From Candidatus Multivoradales bacterium (GTDB lineage Bacteria > Acidobacteriota > Thermoanaerobaculia > Multivoradales > JAHEKO01): 64,000 nucleotides of DNA. Both the position numbers and the translations under genes were made by a program. The first letter of the stretch is position 1; every line of letters starts with the position of its first letter. Shown piece after piece: positions 1-10,760 of this stretch. The stretch spans positions 768,001-832,000 of the forward strand of contig CBDCVR010000015.1 in NCBI GenBank assembly GCA_965223155.1, read 5' to 3'. The notes beneath the pieces were generated by a model. It was not told the origin of the DNA. It ran no database searches and worked only from the letters and a program-made list of their open reading frames with translations.

Positions 1-370
1 GGAAGAGCTCCGGAACTCGATGCTTCCAGGAACCGTCGAAGCCCGCGCCCGAGACAGCGCGCGACAGCCCGTTCCGACGGATGGCATTCGCCAGTCTCGA
101 CCAATCCAGATCCCGGCGGCCAAACACTCGAATCGCTTCAGGGCTCCACTCCCCGTCGAACAGTCGACCGAGAAGAAACCGAGCCGCGTCGACGCCGTTG
201 ACCCGATCGGCTTGCGATCCCGTAGGCCGAGCAGCCCGCCGCAACAGATCGCCGCCAGGTACCGGCATCGCATGGATGCTTCCCAACAACTGGGCGCTGC
301 CCAACTGGGTTCCCGTAGCGTCGAGCGAACTCCGGGAGACCGATTGTTCCGTGATCCAAGAGGAGCGCAT
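1..370 (-). CDS. Partial hypothetical protein running off the left edge, possibly the N-terminus of a nucleotidyltransferase-like protein
   Basis: My own translation of the minus strand from ATG 370 stays open to base 1 (...AARFLLGRLFDGEWSPEAIRVFGRRDLDWSRLANAIRRNGLS...). It is absent from the ORF track because it has no stop. Start and family are uncertain. Confidence 0.35.
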   Translation of the reverse strand, partial: MRSSWITEQSVSRSSLDATGTQLGSAQLLGSIHAMPVPGGDLLRRAARPTGSQADRVNGVDAARFLLGRLFDGEWSPEAIRVFGRRDLDWSRLANAIRRNGLSRAVSGAGFDGSWKHRVPELF

Positions 371-613
371 CGTAAGCTTGGCCGAAAGGCTAGCACGGAG
401 CCTCCCCGGGGAACGCGGCCACGTGCAGCACGAGCGGTGGCTGCTCGACACCGACCGCGGCTCCCGATCCGAGCCTGCGACCAGGACGTTCTTCCGCTAG
501 GATGCTTGCCGACCCAAGACAGCTCACGATGCTCGGATACGGGGTTGTCGGGGCCTCCCAGGTCTCGTAGCCGAATCGCCATCGAGCCGTCCTCAAGCTA
601 GCCACGGAAGACC

Positions 614-1333
614 ATGGGACGAGCCGAAGAACGGAAGCGGCGCAGGCGGCGGCGACGCATCTTGAAGCGTGTCGCGAGCTGGGGCCTGATCGCGGCAGCG
701 GGCGTCCTCTACCTCCGGTGCGCGCCGGACCGGTACAACCTCACGGCCCCGCTCGATCTCACCGACCGGCCGACCTTCGTGACCCACTGGAAACTCCAGC
801 TCGCGGGCACGCACGGCTGCTACGAAGCGCTACGCCGCGCCGGGATCCGCTTCGAGCGCCTGCCGGACGAAGTCAAGGGGCCCGGCTGCGAGTTCGAGAA
901 CGTCGCCCGTCTGGATCAGTCCTTGGTGGACTGGGGACGGGACGTCACCCTGCGCTGCCCGATGCTGGCCGGTCTCGCGATCTGGGAGCGGCACGCCTTG
1001 CAGCCCGCGGCCCGCGAGCTTCTGGGCACTTCGGTCGTGGCGGTGCGGCACTACGGCACCTACTCGTGCCGCAACGTCAACAACGCGAAGTACGGCCGGC
1101 GGAGCGAACACGCCACCGCCAACGCCGTCGACGTCGCCGGCTTCGTCCTGGCCAACGGCGAGGACGTAAGCGTCGTCCGCGACTGGAGCTCGAACTCCGC
1201 CAAGGCTCGCTTCCTGAGACGGGTGCGCAACCAGGCCTGCGACCACTTCAACACCGTCTTGAGTCCCGACTACAACGAACTCCACCGCGACCACTTCCAC
1301 TTCGACAACGGCGGCTACGAAAGCTGCCGCTAG
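614..1333 (+). CDS. Extensin-like C-terminal domain protein (peptidase M15-like Zn fold), membrane anchored
   Basis: YSCRNVN...SEHATANAVD...HRDHFHFD motifs; basic N-terminus followed by one hydrophobic helix. Confidence 0.85.
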   Translation: MGRAEERKRRRRRRRILKRVASWGLIAAAGVLYLRCAPDRYNLTAPLDLTDRPTFVTHWKLQLAGTHGCYEALRRAGIRFERLPDEVKGPGCEFENVARLDQSLVDWGRDVTLRCPMLAGLAIWERHALQPAARELLGTSVVAVRHYGTYSCRNVNNAKYGRRSEHATANAVDVAGFVLANGEDVSVVRDWSSNSAKARFLRRVRNQACDHFNTVLSPDYNELHRDHFHFDNGGYESCR

Positions 1334-1425
1334 CTGGGACCAGAAGTCGAGGACCCGCCCAGCTCGCCTTCGAATGAGGCCCTCTCCGGGGCGCGGGCTA
1401 GAATGCCCGCTTCCAAGGAGGCTTC

Positions 1426-2208
1426 ATGCGGCAATCCGATACGTTTCTCGCATTCGTTCTCGTTCCCGCTCTCTTCGCCGGAGCCTGCGCTTCGGCGGGA
1501 CCTGAGGCCGCAACGCCGGCACCGACGTCGGCTTCGACTCCAGCCTCTGCGCCGGCGGCCGCCGCCCAGCCGGATCTACCGCGCGAGATCCACTGGGTGC
1601 GGAACTCGGCCGAGTACCGGGCGGTGTTCGAGCAAACCTACCGGCTCGCCGCGACGGTTCTCGAGTCGAAGGCCGCGGGCCGCGAGCCGGGAAGCTGGGC
1701 GGTGGCGATCGACGCCGATGAGACTCTGATCAGCAACTCGGAGCAGAGCAAGACCCAAGCCCTGGGGCCGCCGCGGCCCTTCGAGGAGGCCTGGGACGAG
1801 TGGGTGAACCGGCGCGAGGCGCCTGTCCTGCCCGGGGTAAGGCCGTTTCTCGAGACCGTACGCGGCCTGGGCGGCAAGATCGCGGTGGTCACCAACCGGC
1901 GCCAGCATCACTGCGACCAGACCGCCGACAACCTCCGCGCCGAGAACGTGCCGTTCGACGTCATCCTGTGCCGCACCGACGAACGCTCGAAGGAGCCTCG
2001 GTGGCAACGGGTGCGCTCGGGCGAGGCTGCCGAGGACTTGGGCCCGGTCGAGATCTTGATGTGGCTGGGCGACAACATCCACGACTTTCCCGAACTCGGC
2101 CAGGAGCTGCGAGGCGACGGAGCCGAGGCCTTCGATGCCTTCGGCGACACCTTCTTCATCTTGCCCAATCCGCTCTATGGCTCCTGGGAGCGGAACCCCC
2201 AGGATTAG
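1426..2208 (+). CDS. Class C acid phosphatase / 5'-nucleotidase lipoprotein (HAD, e(P4) family)
   Basis: Lipobox-like FAGAC; DADET, VTNR, GDNIHDF and LPNPLYGSWE motifs; AAGGAGG RBS. Confidence 0.9.
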   Translation: MRQSDTFLAFVLVPALFAGACASAGPEAATPAPTSASTPASAPAAAAQPDLPREIHWVRNSAEYRAVFEQTYRLAATVLESKAAGREPGSWAVAIDADETLISNSEQSKTQALGPPRPFEEAWDEWVNRREAPVLPGVRPFLETVRGLGGKIAVVTNRRQHHCDQTADNLRAENVPFDVILCRTDERSKEPRWQRVRSGEAAEDLGPVEILMWLGDNIHDFPELGQELRGDGAEAFDAFGDTFFILPNPLYGSWERNPQD

Positions 2209-2264
2209 CAGCCCGGCAGGCAGCAACCCTAGCCGCGAACCCTGGCGGGATGTGCAGGCTCAGG

Positions 2265-4190
2265 CTACCGATCGGCCACGAGCTTTTCGACCACCGACGG
2301 GTCGGCCAGGGTCGAGACATCGCCCAGGTCACCGGTCTCGCCGGCCGCGATCTTGCGCAGGATGCGACGCATGATCTTCCCCGAGCGGGTCTTGGGGAGT
2401 CCCGGCGCGATCTGGATCCGGTCCGGGGTCGCGATCGGGCCGATCTCGGACCGGACCTGCTTGCGCAAAGTATCGACCAGCTCGTCGGCGTCGGCGTCTT
2501 CGTAGTCGTGGCTGACGAGCACGTAGGCGTAGATGCCGGTGCCCTTGATCTCGTGCGGGAAGCCGACCACCGCGGCCTCGGCCACCGCGTCGTGCGCGAC
2601 CAGAGCGCTTTCGACCTCGGCGGTGCCCATGCGATGGCCTGAGACGTTCAGCACGTCGTCCACGCGGCCGGTGATCCAGTAGTAGCCATCGGCGTCCCGG
2701 CGGCAGCCGTCGCCAGTGAAGTAGCGACCCGGAAACTGCGAGAAGTAGGTCTCGCGGAAACGCTCGTGGTCGCCCCAGATGGTGGGCGCCTGGCCGGGCC
2801 AGCTTCGGGCCATGCACAGGTTGCCGGAGACGTCGTTGCCCTCGAGCACGTTGCCCTCGTCATCCACCAAGAGAGGCTCGACGCCGAAAAGCGGCAGGGT
2901 CGCGGAGCCCGGTTTGGCCGGGGTCGCTCCGGGTAGTGGCGAGATCAGGATGCCGCCGGTTTCGGTCTGCCACCAGGTGTCCACCACCGCGCACTCGCCC
3001 CGTCCCACGACATCGTGGTACCACTGCCAGACCTCGGGATTGATGGGCTCGCCCACGGTGCCCAGGATCCGCAGGCTGTCGCGCCGCGACTTCGTGACCC
3101 ATTCGTCGCCCTCGCGCTGGATGGCCCGGATGGCGGTCGGCGCGGTGTAGAAGGTGGTCACGCCCAGGTCGTCCACGAGCTGCCAGTAGCGGCCGGCGTC
3201 CGGATAGAGCGGCGTCGATTCGAACATGACGGTGGTGGCGCCGTTCGCCAGCGGGCCGTACACGATGTAGCTGTGGCCGGTGACCCAACCGATGTCTGCG
3301 ACACAGGCGTAGACGTCGTCTTCCTGGAGGTCGAAGACGTAGCGGTGGGTCGAGGCGACGTAGGTCAGGTAGCCGCCGGTGGCATGGAGCAGCCCCTTGG
3401 GCTGGCCAGTCGAGCCCGAGGTGTAGAGGATGAAGAGCGGATCTTCCGAGTCCATCCATTCGACCGGCGCGCTTGCCCGCTCGCGCTTCATGGCGCCATC
3501 GAGCCAGAGGTCCCGGCCCTCGCGCATCGCGACCTCGGTGTCGGTGCGCTTGGCCACCAGGACCGAATCGATGAGCTCGTCGAGGCCGTCGATCGCTTCG
3601 TCCACGGTCTTCTTGAGCGGAATCGTGCGGCCGCCGCGCAGGCCCTCGTTCGCGGTCACCACCCAGCGGGCCTCAGCGTCCAGGATGCGGTCCCGGAGGG
3701 CGCTCGCCGAGAAGCCGGCGAAGACGATCGAGTGGACCGCGCCCAGCCGAGCGCAGGCGAGCATGGTGGCGGCCAGCTCCGGAATCATGGGCAGGTAGAT
3801 TGCCACCCGGTCGCCCTTGCCCACGCCTTGGCGCTGCAAGACGTTGGCGATGCGGCAGACCATGCGATGGAGCTGCTGGTAGGTGATGTGGACGTAGTGC
3901 CCGGGCTCGTCGGCGGCCCAGAGAATCGCGGTCTTGTCTCCGCGCGTCGCCAGGTGCCGGTCGACGCAGTTGTAACAAGCGTTGAGCTTGCCTCCGGGAA
4001 ACCAGGAAAAGTCGACCGCGTCGAAGCCGCCGCGAACGACCTCGTACGGCGGATGGAACCAGTCGAGCCGCTGCGCCTGCCAGAGCCAGAAGTCCTCGGG
4101 ACTTTCGAGACTCTCGCGATGGAGCACGGCGAAGTCGTCCATCGAGCCGATGTGGGCTCGTTCGGCGATCTTGGTCTTGACGGGAATCAT
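2265..4190 (-). CDS. acs: Acetyl-CoA synthetase (AMP-forming)
   Basis: [21 protein letters not shown] and [12 protein letters not shown] motifs. Start reset to ATG 4190 (MIPVKTK), which follows an AAAGGAGG RBS. Confidence 0.95.
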   Translation of the reverse strand: MIPVKTKIAERAHIGSMDDFAVLHRESLESPEDFWLWQAQRLDWFHPPYEVVRGGFDAVDFSWFPGGKLNACYNCVDRHLATRGDKTAILWAADEPGHYVHITYQQLHRMVCRIANVLQRQGVGKGDRVAIYLPMIPELAATMLACARLGAVHSIVFAGFSASALRDRILDAEARWVVTANEGLRGGRTIPLKKTVDEAIDGLDELIDSVLVAKRTDTEVAMREGRDLWLDGAMKRERASAPVEWMDSEDPLFILYTSGSTGQPKGLLHATGGYLTYVASTHRYVFDLQEDDVYACVADIGWVTGHSYIVYGPLANGATTVMFESTPLYPDAGRYWQLVDDLGVTTFYTAPTAIRAIQREGDEWVTKSRRDSLRILGTVGEPINPEVWQWYHDVVGRGECAVVDTWWQTETGGILISPLPGATPAKPGSATLPLFGVEPLLVDDEGNVLEGNDVSGNLCMARSWPGQAPTIWGDHERFRETYFSQFPGRYFTGDGCRRDADGYYWITGRVDDVLNVSGHRMGTAEVESALVAHDAVAEAAVVGFPHEIKGTGIYAYVLVSHDYEDADADELVDTLRKQVRSEIGPIATPDRIQIAPGLPKTRSGKIMRRILRKIAAGETGDLGDVSTLADPSVVEKLVADR

Positions 4191-4410
4191 CGGCCCAGCC
4201 TCCTTTCGCAACGGCACTTGGTCGCAACGGCGTTCGGTCGCGACGGGCGCTGGGTCGCGTCGGTCGCGTCGTGGCGTTCTAGCGAACATTGATCTTAGCC
4301 GACCGAGTCCAGCGAGCGCCCCGACCGGCCGGGTGGTCTTCACCGCCCGTCCGACGTGCCGGTCGGAACGTGGAGCGAGGCCCCGCCGGGATCGGATCTC
4401 GAAGCTTTGT

Positions 4411-5130
4411 TTACCAACCGTCAAGGCCCAGAGCCGCGAGCTCGGCCTCGGCGCGCTCGGCCCAACCGCGGTTGGCCGCAGGGCTCGCCGGCGAGGGATG
4501 GAGGATGCGGCCGATCCCAACGTCGAGCCCGGCGAGCGCCCGGCGAGCGTTGTCCTCGGACCACTTGCCGATTCCGATGACAAGGCCGGGTTCCAGGGCT
4601 TCGACGGTCGCCCGCAGAGCCCGGTCGCAGACCGCAAGAAGCGGCTCGCGCTCGGCCTTTGGAAGCCGGTCGGGAGTGCGGTTCCGCCCGCTCGCCTCGA
4701 GAAACGCAAGCGGGCAGTAGTTGGCGATGAAGAAGCACTCGAAGAACGCTTCGGGCGTGCCGAAGCGCTCGCGCGCCCAGCCCCAGAGTCGGCGGCCGCT
4801 GACCTCGCTGCGCGAACAGGCGAACCCTTCCACCGGCCGCTTGGGATGCTCAACCGCGGGCTTGCCGACCGCTCCGTCGATCCCGAGCCAATCGCGCACC
4901 AGCGAGATCTCGCCGAAGGGAACCCCAGTCTGGGCCATCCCCCACGGGCCCGGGTTCATACCCAGAAACACCGCTTCCTTGGGGCCGTCGCCATAGCGCG
5001 CCAGGTAGCGTCGATGCGGCTCCCATGCGTAGCCGAGCGGGTTGTAGACGTGAGTCACCGGCTCGGCGAAGCTCAGAGCCTCGACCTCGTGAGCGAGCTT
5101 TTCGGCGATCTTTACAAGCTTCGTTGTCAA
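4411..5130 (-). CDS. SMUG1-family (family 3) uracil-DNA glycosylase
   Basis: [24 protein letters not shown] and HPSPASP motifs. Confidence 0.93.
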   Translation of the reverse strand: MTTKLVKIAEKLAHEVEALSFAEPVTHVYNPLGYAWEPHRRYLARYGDGPKEAVFLGMNPGPWGMAQTGVPFGEISLVRDWLGIDGAVGKPAVEHPKRPVEGFACSRSEVSGRRLWGWARERFGTPEAFFECFFIANYCPLAFLEASGRNRTPDRLPKAEREPLLAVCDRALRATVEALEPGLVIGIGKWSEDNARRALAGLDVGIGRILHPSPASPAANRGWAERAEAELAALGLDGW

Positions 5131-5176
5131 GCTGAATTCCGGGCGCGACTGCTCGTTCCGGAGGGCCAGGCGCGCG

Positions 5177-5185
5177 TGCTATATT
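5177..5185 (+). promoter_or_regulatory. Candidate extended -10 promoter (TGcTATATT) for dodecin
   Basis: TGnTAnnnT about 50 nt upstream of the RBS-preceded ATG 5236. Confidence 0.4.
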
Positions 5186-5235
5186 CGTCGCCCTTTGGCA
5201 CAACGTCCGTCACTGTAACTCAAGGAGGAAACCCC

Positions 5236-5439
5236 ATGGCTGTAGCAAAAGTCACCGAGATCTCGTCGTGCTCCGAGAAGAGCTTCGAAGATGCCATCCA
5301 GCACGGCATCGACCGCGCCAACAAGACCCTCGACAAGATCAAGGGCGCCTGGATCAACGAGATGAAGGTGAACGTCAGCGACGGCAAGGTCAGCGAGTAC
5401 TGCGTCAACATGAAAGTGACGTTCGTCCTCAAGGACTGA
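5236..5439 (+). CDS. Dodecin family flavin-binding protein (67 aa)
   Basis: MAVAKVTEISSCSEKSFEDAIQHGIDRANKTL...YCVNMKVTFVL; AAGGAGG RBS; it is the C-terminal part of track ORF 3982..5439. Confidence 0.92.
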   Translation: MAVAKVTEISSCSEKSFEDAIQHGIDRANKTLDKIKGAWINEMKVNVSDGKVSEYCVNMKVTFVLKD

Positions 5440-5474
5440 GCCCCGATCCGGGCTAGATCGAAGCTCACTGGAGG

Positions 5475-5508
5475 AGGCGCGCCCCGAGCGGGGCGCGCCT
5501 TTTCTTTT
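5475..5508 (+). terminator. Intrinsic terminator after dodecin
   Basis: AGGCGCGCCCC-gagc-GGGGCGCGCCT stem followed by TTTCTTTT. Confidence 0.85.
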
Positions 5509-5569
5509 GCCCAGCAGGATCCAGGTCTACTGGCGGGCTTGGCGAGCCGGACCTTGGTGAGACGCCAGG

Positions 5570-7195
5570 CTAGGAGCCGATCGCGGCCGGCAGCCTGGGG
5601 CCGGCGTCGCGCACGTCTTCGGTAACCCCCCCGGCAAAGGCCACGAAGTTCGCCTCGAACATCCTTGCCAGCGCCGTCGCCTTCTCGTCGTACGCGGCCG
5701 GATCGGCCCAGGTCGAGCGCGGAATCAGAAGCTCGCTCGGCACGCCACGGATTGCCGTCGGCACCTCGAAGCCAAAGACCGGGTCGGTACGGTACTCGGC
5801 ATCCTCGAGCTCGCCCGCGAGAGCCGCGCGCACCATGCGCCGGGTGTGCTCCAGCCGGATCCGGCTGCCCGTGCCGTAGCTGCCGCCGGACCAGCCGGTA
5901 TTGACCAGCCACACGCGGGCCCCGTGACGGCGCATCTTCTCGGCCAGCATGCCGGCGTAGACGCCGGGGTGAAGCGGCATGAACGGCGCCCCGAAGCAAG
6001 CGCTGAAGGTGGCGCTCGGCTCGGTGACCCCACGTTCGGTGCCGGCGACCTTGGCCGTGTAGCCCGACAGGAAGTGATACTGAGCTTGCGCCTCGTTCAA
6101 GCGGCTGATCGGAGGCAGCACGCCAAAGGCATCGGCGGTCAGGAAGACGACGTTCTTGGGATGGCCGCAGCGGCCGTCCACATCCACACGATCCAGGTGT
6201 TCTAGCGGATAACTGCCCCGGGTGTTCTCGGTCAGGCTCGCGTCATCGAGATCGAGAGCGCGGGTCGCCCGATCCACGATCACGTTTTCGAGCACGGTAC
6301 CGAACTTGCGGGTGGTCGCGTAGATCTCGGGCTCGCCTTCGGCGGACAGCCGGATCATCTTGGCGTAGCAGCCGCCTTCCAGATTGAAGACGCCGTCGTC
6401 GCCCCAGCCGTGCTCGTCGTCGCCGATCAGAACCCGGTCCGAGTCGGCCGAGAGCGTGGTCTTGCCGGTACCGCTCAGACCGAAGAACAAAGCCGCGTCA
6501 TCGCGATCCGCACCATAGTTGCACGAGCAGTGCATCGACAGGATGCCGCGCCTGGGAAGCAGGAAATTCATCACCGAGAAGATGCTCTTCTTGATCTCCC
6601 CGGCGTAGGCGGTACCTGCGATCAGCACCGTGCGCTCCGCCAGATTGACCACGATCGCGGTCCCGCTCCGAGTCCCGTGCCGCTCGGGATCGGCGGCAAA
6701 TCCAGGGGCGGCCACAACCGTGAACTCGGGGGCGAACTCGGCGAGCACGTCGGCCTCCGTCTCGCGCACAAACATGTTGCGAGCGAAGAGACTGTGCCAG
6801 GCGAGCTCGGTCACCACCCGGACCCGCAGACGCTCGGCCGGATCGGCACCGGCGTAACCGTTGAAGACGAAGAGGTCCTTGTCGGCCAGGTACGCGGTGA
6901 GGTCTTCGCGTAGCCGCGCGAACGCCTGGGGCTCGTGAGCGACGTTGACGTCACCCCACCAGACCTCCGCCGAGGTAGTGGCATCGCGCACCAGGAAGCG
7001 ATCCTTGGGTGAGCGGCCCGTGTGCGGGCCGGTCTCGGCCACGATAGGACCGTCTTTGGCCAGGAGCGCCTCCCGCCGCCGGATGGCGTGCTCGCAGAGC
7101 TCGGCTGGAGAGAGATTCCAGTACACCGAGCCGGTGGTGTCGATCCCCTGTTCGGACAGCCCGAAACGGCTGACACTGAGACCCTCGTTCTTCAT
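5570..7195 (-). CDS. pckA: Phosphoenolpyruvate carboxykinase (ATP)
   Basis: TGRSPKD, FFGLSGTGKTTLS, LIGDDEHGW and NLEGGCYAK motifs. Confidence 0.96.
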   Translation of the reverse strand: MKNEGLSVSRFGLSEQGIDTTGSVYWNLSPAELCEHAIRRREALLAKDGPIVAETGPHTGRSPKDRFLVRDATTSAEVWWGDVNVAHEPQAFARLREDLTAYLADKDLFVFNGYAGADPAERLRVRVVTELAWHSLFARNMFVRETEADVLAEFAPEFTVVAAPGFAADPERHGTRSGTAIVVNLAERTVLIAGTAYAGEIKKSIFSVMNFLLPRRGILSMHCSCNYGADRDDAALFFGLSGTGKTTLSADSDRVLIGDDEHGWGDDGVFNLEGGCYAKMIRLSAEGEPEIYATTRKFGTVLENVIVDRATRALDLDDASLTENTRGSYPLEHLDRVDVDGRCGHPKNVVFLTADAFGVLPPISRLNEAQAQYHFLSGYTAKVAGTERGVTEPSATFSACFGAPFMPLHPGVYAGMLAEKMRRHGARVWLVNTGWSGGSYGTGSRIRLEHTRRMVRAALAGELEDAEYRTDPVFGFEVPTAIRGVPSELLIPRSTWADPAAYDEKATALARMFEANFVAFAGGVTEDVRDAGPRLPAAIGS

Positions 7196-7322
7196 TGCAA
7201 CCTCGTCGGTAGTTTCTTGGAGAGCGGCCGGCGGGCGCCAGGGTAGGTCACGGCCGGAACGAGAAGTCTAACGCCATCCGCGCACCGGCTCAATCCAAAG
7301 GAAGGACGGCGCGACCGCGCTT

Positions 7323-8660
7323 CTACCGCGAGCTCAGATACTCGAGGACGACTTCGCTCATCGCGCGGATGCCCACTTCGATGGCCGAATCGTCGGCGCG
7401 AAAATCCGGCGTGTGGAGCCCGCCCGAGCGGGTTCCCTCCTTGAGGACACCCAGCCGGAAGTAGAAGCCCGGTACCTCGTTGGCGAAATAGGCGAAATCC
7501 TCGCCACCCATGGTCGGCGCACCGGCAACCACACCGGCCGCGCCTACCGCCCGCTCCAGACCCGGCCGGATCGCCCGCGCCAGCTCGGGATCATTGATCG
7601 TGGCCGGAGCGTTGTTCCGGTACTGGACGATCTCGTAGCTGCCGCCTCCGGCCTGGGTGATGCCGTCCAGGATCTCTTCCATCCGCGCCTTGACCGCCTC
7701 CCGGGTCTCAGCGCTGAAGGTCCGCACCGTGCCCTCGAGATGGACCTCGCCCGGGATGATGTTGAAGCGCTCGCCGCCGCGCAGAATGCCAACTGTCACC
7801 ACGCTCGGCTCGAGTGGAGACAGGTTGCGGGATCGAATCGTCTGGAAAGCGGAAACCGCCTGCGCGGCCATGACGATCGGGTCGCGCCCGAGGTGCGGAT
7901 AGGCGCCGTGAGACTGAGTCCCCCGGACCTTGACGACGAAGTGATCGACCGAGGCCATGACCGGACCCTCGGTGTAGCCGACCTGGCCCACGCTCAGGGT
8001 GGGCCAAGCGTGGAGACCGAAGATGGCCTCCGGCGTCGGCGGATCGAAGGCGCCTTCCTCCAGCATCAGTTTGGCGCCGCCTTCCTCGCCCGGCGGCGGC
8101 CCTTCCTCGGCGGGCTGGAAGATCACCTTGACCGTACCCGGCAGCTCGGCCTGGAGTCCCTTGAGCACTCTGGCGACCCCCAGCACCACCGCCATGTGGA
8201 TGTCGTGGCCGCAGGCGTGAGCGACGCCGACCTCCTTGCCCAGAAACTGGGTGCGGCGGGTGGACTGGAAGGGCAGACCGCTTGACTCGGTCACCGGCAG
8301 GGCATCGATGTCGGCTCGAATCGCCACCACCGGCCCGGGCTTGCCTCCCTCCAAGACGCCCACGACGCCGGTGATCGCGACCTCCCGGCGTACCGCGTAG
8401 CCGAGCGCTTCGAGCTTTTCCGCCAGAAGCTTGCCGGTCTCGAACTCCTGGTTGCCGAGCTCCGGGTTGCGGTGCAGATGGTGGCGAAGCTCGATCATGG
8501 CCGGCGCCGCGTCCCCGACCAGCCGGCCTAGCCGGTCCGGCTCGCCCCCGTCCTCGGAAACCGCCGAAACACCGGAAGCCCCGAGCGCAGGAGGAACTAC
8601 GGCGATCGCGGCTAGCGCCAGCGCGGCGGCTGGCAATCTCAAGCGGTGCGGCTGTGGCAT
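7323..8660 (-). CDS. Exported M20D amidohydrolase / N-acyl-amino-acid hydrolase
   Basis: RADIDALP, HACGHD, FQPAEEG and GGEDF motifs; signal peptide; ATG 8660 preceded by AGGAGA. Confidence 0.92.
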   Translation of the reverse strand: MPQPHRLRLPAAALALAAIAVVPPALGASGVSAVSEDGGEPDRLGRLVGDAAPAMIELRHHLHRNPELGNQEFETGKLLAEKLEALGYAVRREVAITGVVGVLEGGKPGPVVAIRADIDALPVTESSGLPFQSTRRTQFLGKEVGVAHACGHDIHMAVVLGVARVLKGLQAELPGTVKVIFQPAEEGPPPGEEGGAKLMLEEGAFDPPTPEAIFGLHAWPTLSVGQVGYTEGPVMASVDHFVVKVRGTQSHGAYPHLGRDPIVMAAQAVSAFQTIRSRNLSPLEPSVVTVGILRGGERFNIIPGEVHLEGTVRTFSAETREAVKARMEEILDGITQAGGGSYEIVQYRNNAPATINDPELARAIRPGLERAVGAAGVVAGAPTMGGEDFAYFANEVPGFYFRLGVLKEGTRSGGLHTPDFRADDSAIEVGIRAMSEVVLEYLSSR

Positions 8661-8692
8661 GTTGTCTCTCCTGATCAACTAGTCGTGTTGGG

Positions 8693-8813
8693 GTCTATCC
8701 GCCGAGTCGGTCCGATTGGGGATCCCACGGGTCTACTCAACGGGTCTGGCCGACGGCCTGCCCGACCGATCTACTCATGGGCTTCGGCCCGGCTTGCGCC
8801 GCGAGTCTATCCC
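8693..8813. repeat. Four regularly spaced 8-nt boxes, (G/A)TCTA(TC/CT)C
   Basis: TCTA cores at 8694, 8732, 8770 and 8806 (spacing 38, 38, 36) in a divergent intergenic region. Confidence 0.5.
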
Positions 8814-9039
8814 GCCACCCCCGCCGTCCCGGGGCACGGCTCCAGGCGCTTCCAGGCACTCACACCGTGTCGATCGATCCCGGCTCCGGCCGGCCAGGCC
8901 GCCGCATGACCCGCGTTCGGAGCCGTCCCAGGACCCGCTCCGTGGGGTAAGCTAAAGCGTCTCCGGACCGCCTGCCGGAGCTCGGTTCCGGGCGGCCCCC
9001 GAGTTCAGAGTCTCGAGATTCGACGAGGAATCCTTTCGC

Positions 9040-10677
9040 TTGCGCATCGAAGGTAGCAAGATCCTGATCCTGGGCGGCTCCGGCCTGGTGGGCCTGGCCG
9101 TTTGCCGGGAGCTCCTGGAGCGCCGGCCCGGAGAAATCCGGATCCACAGCCTGTCTCGTGAGGAGTCGGATGAGGCCCTGGCCGAGCTGGCTCCCGAGGC
9201 CGCCGCATCCGGCAACGTGCGGCTCTCAGCTTCCCACGGCGACGTTTTCGGCCTGGCCGACGGCGGCTCGCGCCGGGACGAGATCCGGGCGCAGCTCGAA
9301 CAGCTCCGGGACGAGGACTTGAACCACTTCCTCCTCTACCAGATTTTGCACGAGCTCGAGCCCGACATCGTCATCGACTGCGTCAACACGGCGACCGCCA
9401 TCGCCTACCGCAACGTCTACGACTCGGCCGAGCGGGTCCTGGACCAGGTTCTGGCCGACCAGGTCGACGTCGGCTCGAGCGAACAGCTTCTCGAAGCGCT
9501 CTACGTGCCGCGCCTCATCCGTCATATCCAGATCCTCTACCGGGGCATGCAGGACGCCGGCACCGGCGCCTACATCAAGGTCGGCACCAGCGGCACTGGC
9601 GGCATGGGCCTGAACGTCCCGTACACCCACTCCGAGGAACGGCCCAGCCGGGTCTTGCTGTCGAAAAGCGCCGTCGCCGGGGCACACTCCCTGCTGCTCT
9701 TCCTCATGGCCCGAACCCCCGGAGCGCCGATCACCAAAGAGATCAAGCCTGCGGCCGCGATCGCCTGGAAGAAGATCGATCGTGGACCCATTGCTCGGAA
9801 GCGCCAGCCGATCTACTTGATGGATACCCAGCCCACGCCGATCGGCGAGACCTTCTCGACCTTCGACGAGAGCGCCGCCGAGAAGCGCGACGACATTCTG
9901 ACCACGGCCTACATCGATACCGGCGAGAACGGCATCTTCAGTCTCGAAGAGTTCGCGCTTCTGACCACAGCCGAGCAGATGGAGTTCGTCACTCCCGAGG
10001 AGATCGCCCAGTATCTGGTGTTCGAGATCGAGGGCGGCAACACCGGCCACGACATCATCAACGCGCTCGACAACGCCGTTTTGGGGCCCACCTACCGCGC
10101 CGGCCTCATGCGGCACTGGGCCTTGGAACGAATGAGCGAGCTCGAAGCCGAGGGCGAAACCCGGAGCGTAGGGTTCGAGATGCTGGGTCCCCCACGCAAC
10201 ACCAAGCTCCTGTTCGAGGCCCACCTGCTGCGCGAAGCTTTCGGAACCATGGCCGCGGTGCGCGCGGCCTCGCCGGCCGAGGCCGCCAAGCGCCTCGACG
10301 CGCTGGTCCGCGAGAATCACAGGATCGCGAGCGAGGTAGTCTCGGTCGGCATTCCGATCCTCCTGGCCTCGGGCGAGATCCTGCGCGGCCAGAGCGTCAT
10401 CGTGCCGGCCGACGCCGACGACGTGGCGGTGACACCCGAGCGCGTCGAAGGCTGGGTCCGGGACGGCTGGGTGGACTTGCGGGAAGCTAACTGTGCTTCC
10501 TGGATCGAGCGTTTCCGCCGGATCCAGGACGAGATCAAGGCGATTCCCGAGCACGATTCCTCCAGCCGCTATATGAGAACCGCCCGCTTCTGGCACGACG
10601 ACAGCGAGATCCAGCCCGGCAAGGTCGTGGGTTGGATCCTGTCGGTCGAAGAACAGGGCGAGCGCCTGAAACACTGA
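9040..10677 (+). CDS. Uncharacterised NAD(P)-binding Rossmann-fold (atypical SDR-like) protein
   Basis: N-terminal ILILGGSGLVG; DIVIDCVN; 545 aa; TTG start after GAGGA. Confidence 0.75.
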   Translation: MRIEGSKILILGGSGLVGLAVCRELLERRPGEIRIHSLSREESDEALAELAPEAAASGNVRLSASHGDVFGLADGGSRRDEIRAQLEQLRDEDLNHFLLYQILHELEPDIVIDCVNTATAIAYRNVYDSAERVLDQVLADQVDVGSSEQLLEALYVPRLIRHIQILYRGMQDAGTGAYIKVGTSGTGGMGLNVPYTHSEERPSRVLLSKSAVAGAHSLLLFLMARTPGAPITKEIKPAAAIAWKKIDRGPIARKRQPIYLMDTQPTPIGETFSTFDESAAEKRDDILTTAYIDTGENGIFSLEEFALLTTAEQMEFVTPEEIAQYLVFEIEGGNTGHDIINALDNAVLGPTYRAGLMRHWALERMSELEAEGETRSVGFEMLGPPRNTKLLFEAHLLREAFGTMAAVRAASPAEAAKRLDALVRENHRIASEVVSVGIPILLASGEILRGQSVIVPADADDVAVTPERVEGWVRDGWVDLREANCASWIERFRRIQDEIKAIPEHDSSSRYMRTARFWHDDSEIQPGKVVGWILSVEEQGERLKH

Positions 10678-10760
10678 TCCTCGCGACGCTTCCGGTGAGA
10701 AGATCGAGTTAGCCGCAGTCGAACCAACGCCATCCTCGGATACCAGGAGATCGCACGCCC

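Noticed and set aside
20-601. Plus-strand ORFs 20..601 and 81..500
   Set aside because: Arg/Pro/Ser-rich with no motifs; an open minus-strand frame is more protein-like
3982-5235. Long N-terminal extensions on dodecin (track 3982..5439) and acs (track start 4853)
   Set aside because: They overlap acs and the SMUG1 gene; strong RBSs mark the shorter starts
8693-8813. CRISPR-like array suggested by the 36-38 nt periodicity
   Set aside because: The shared element is only about 8 nt and degenerate; there is no 23-47 nt repeat and no cas genes
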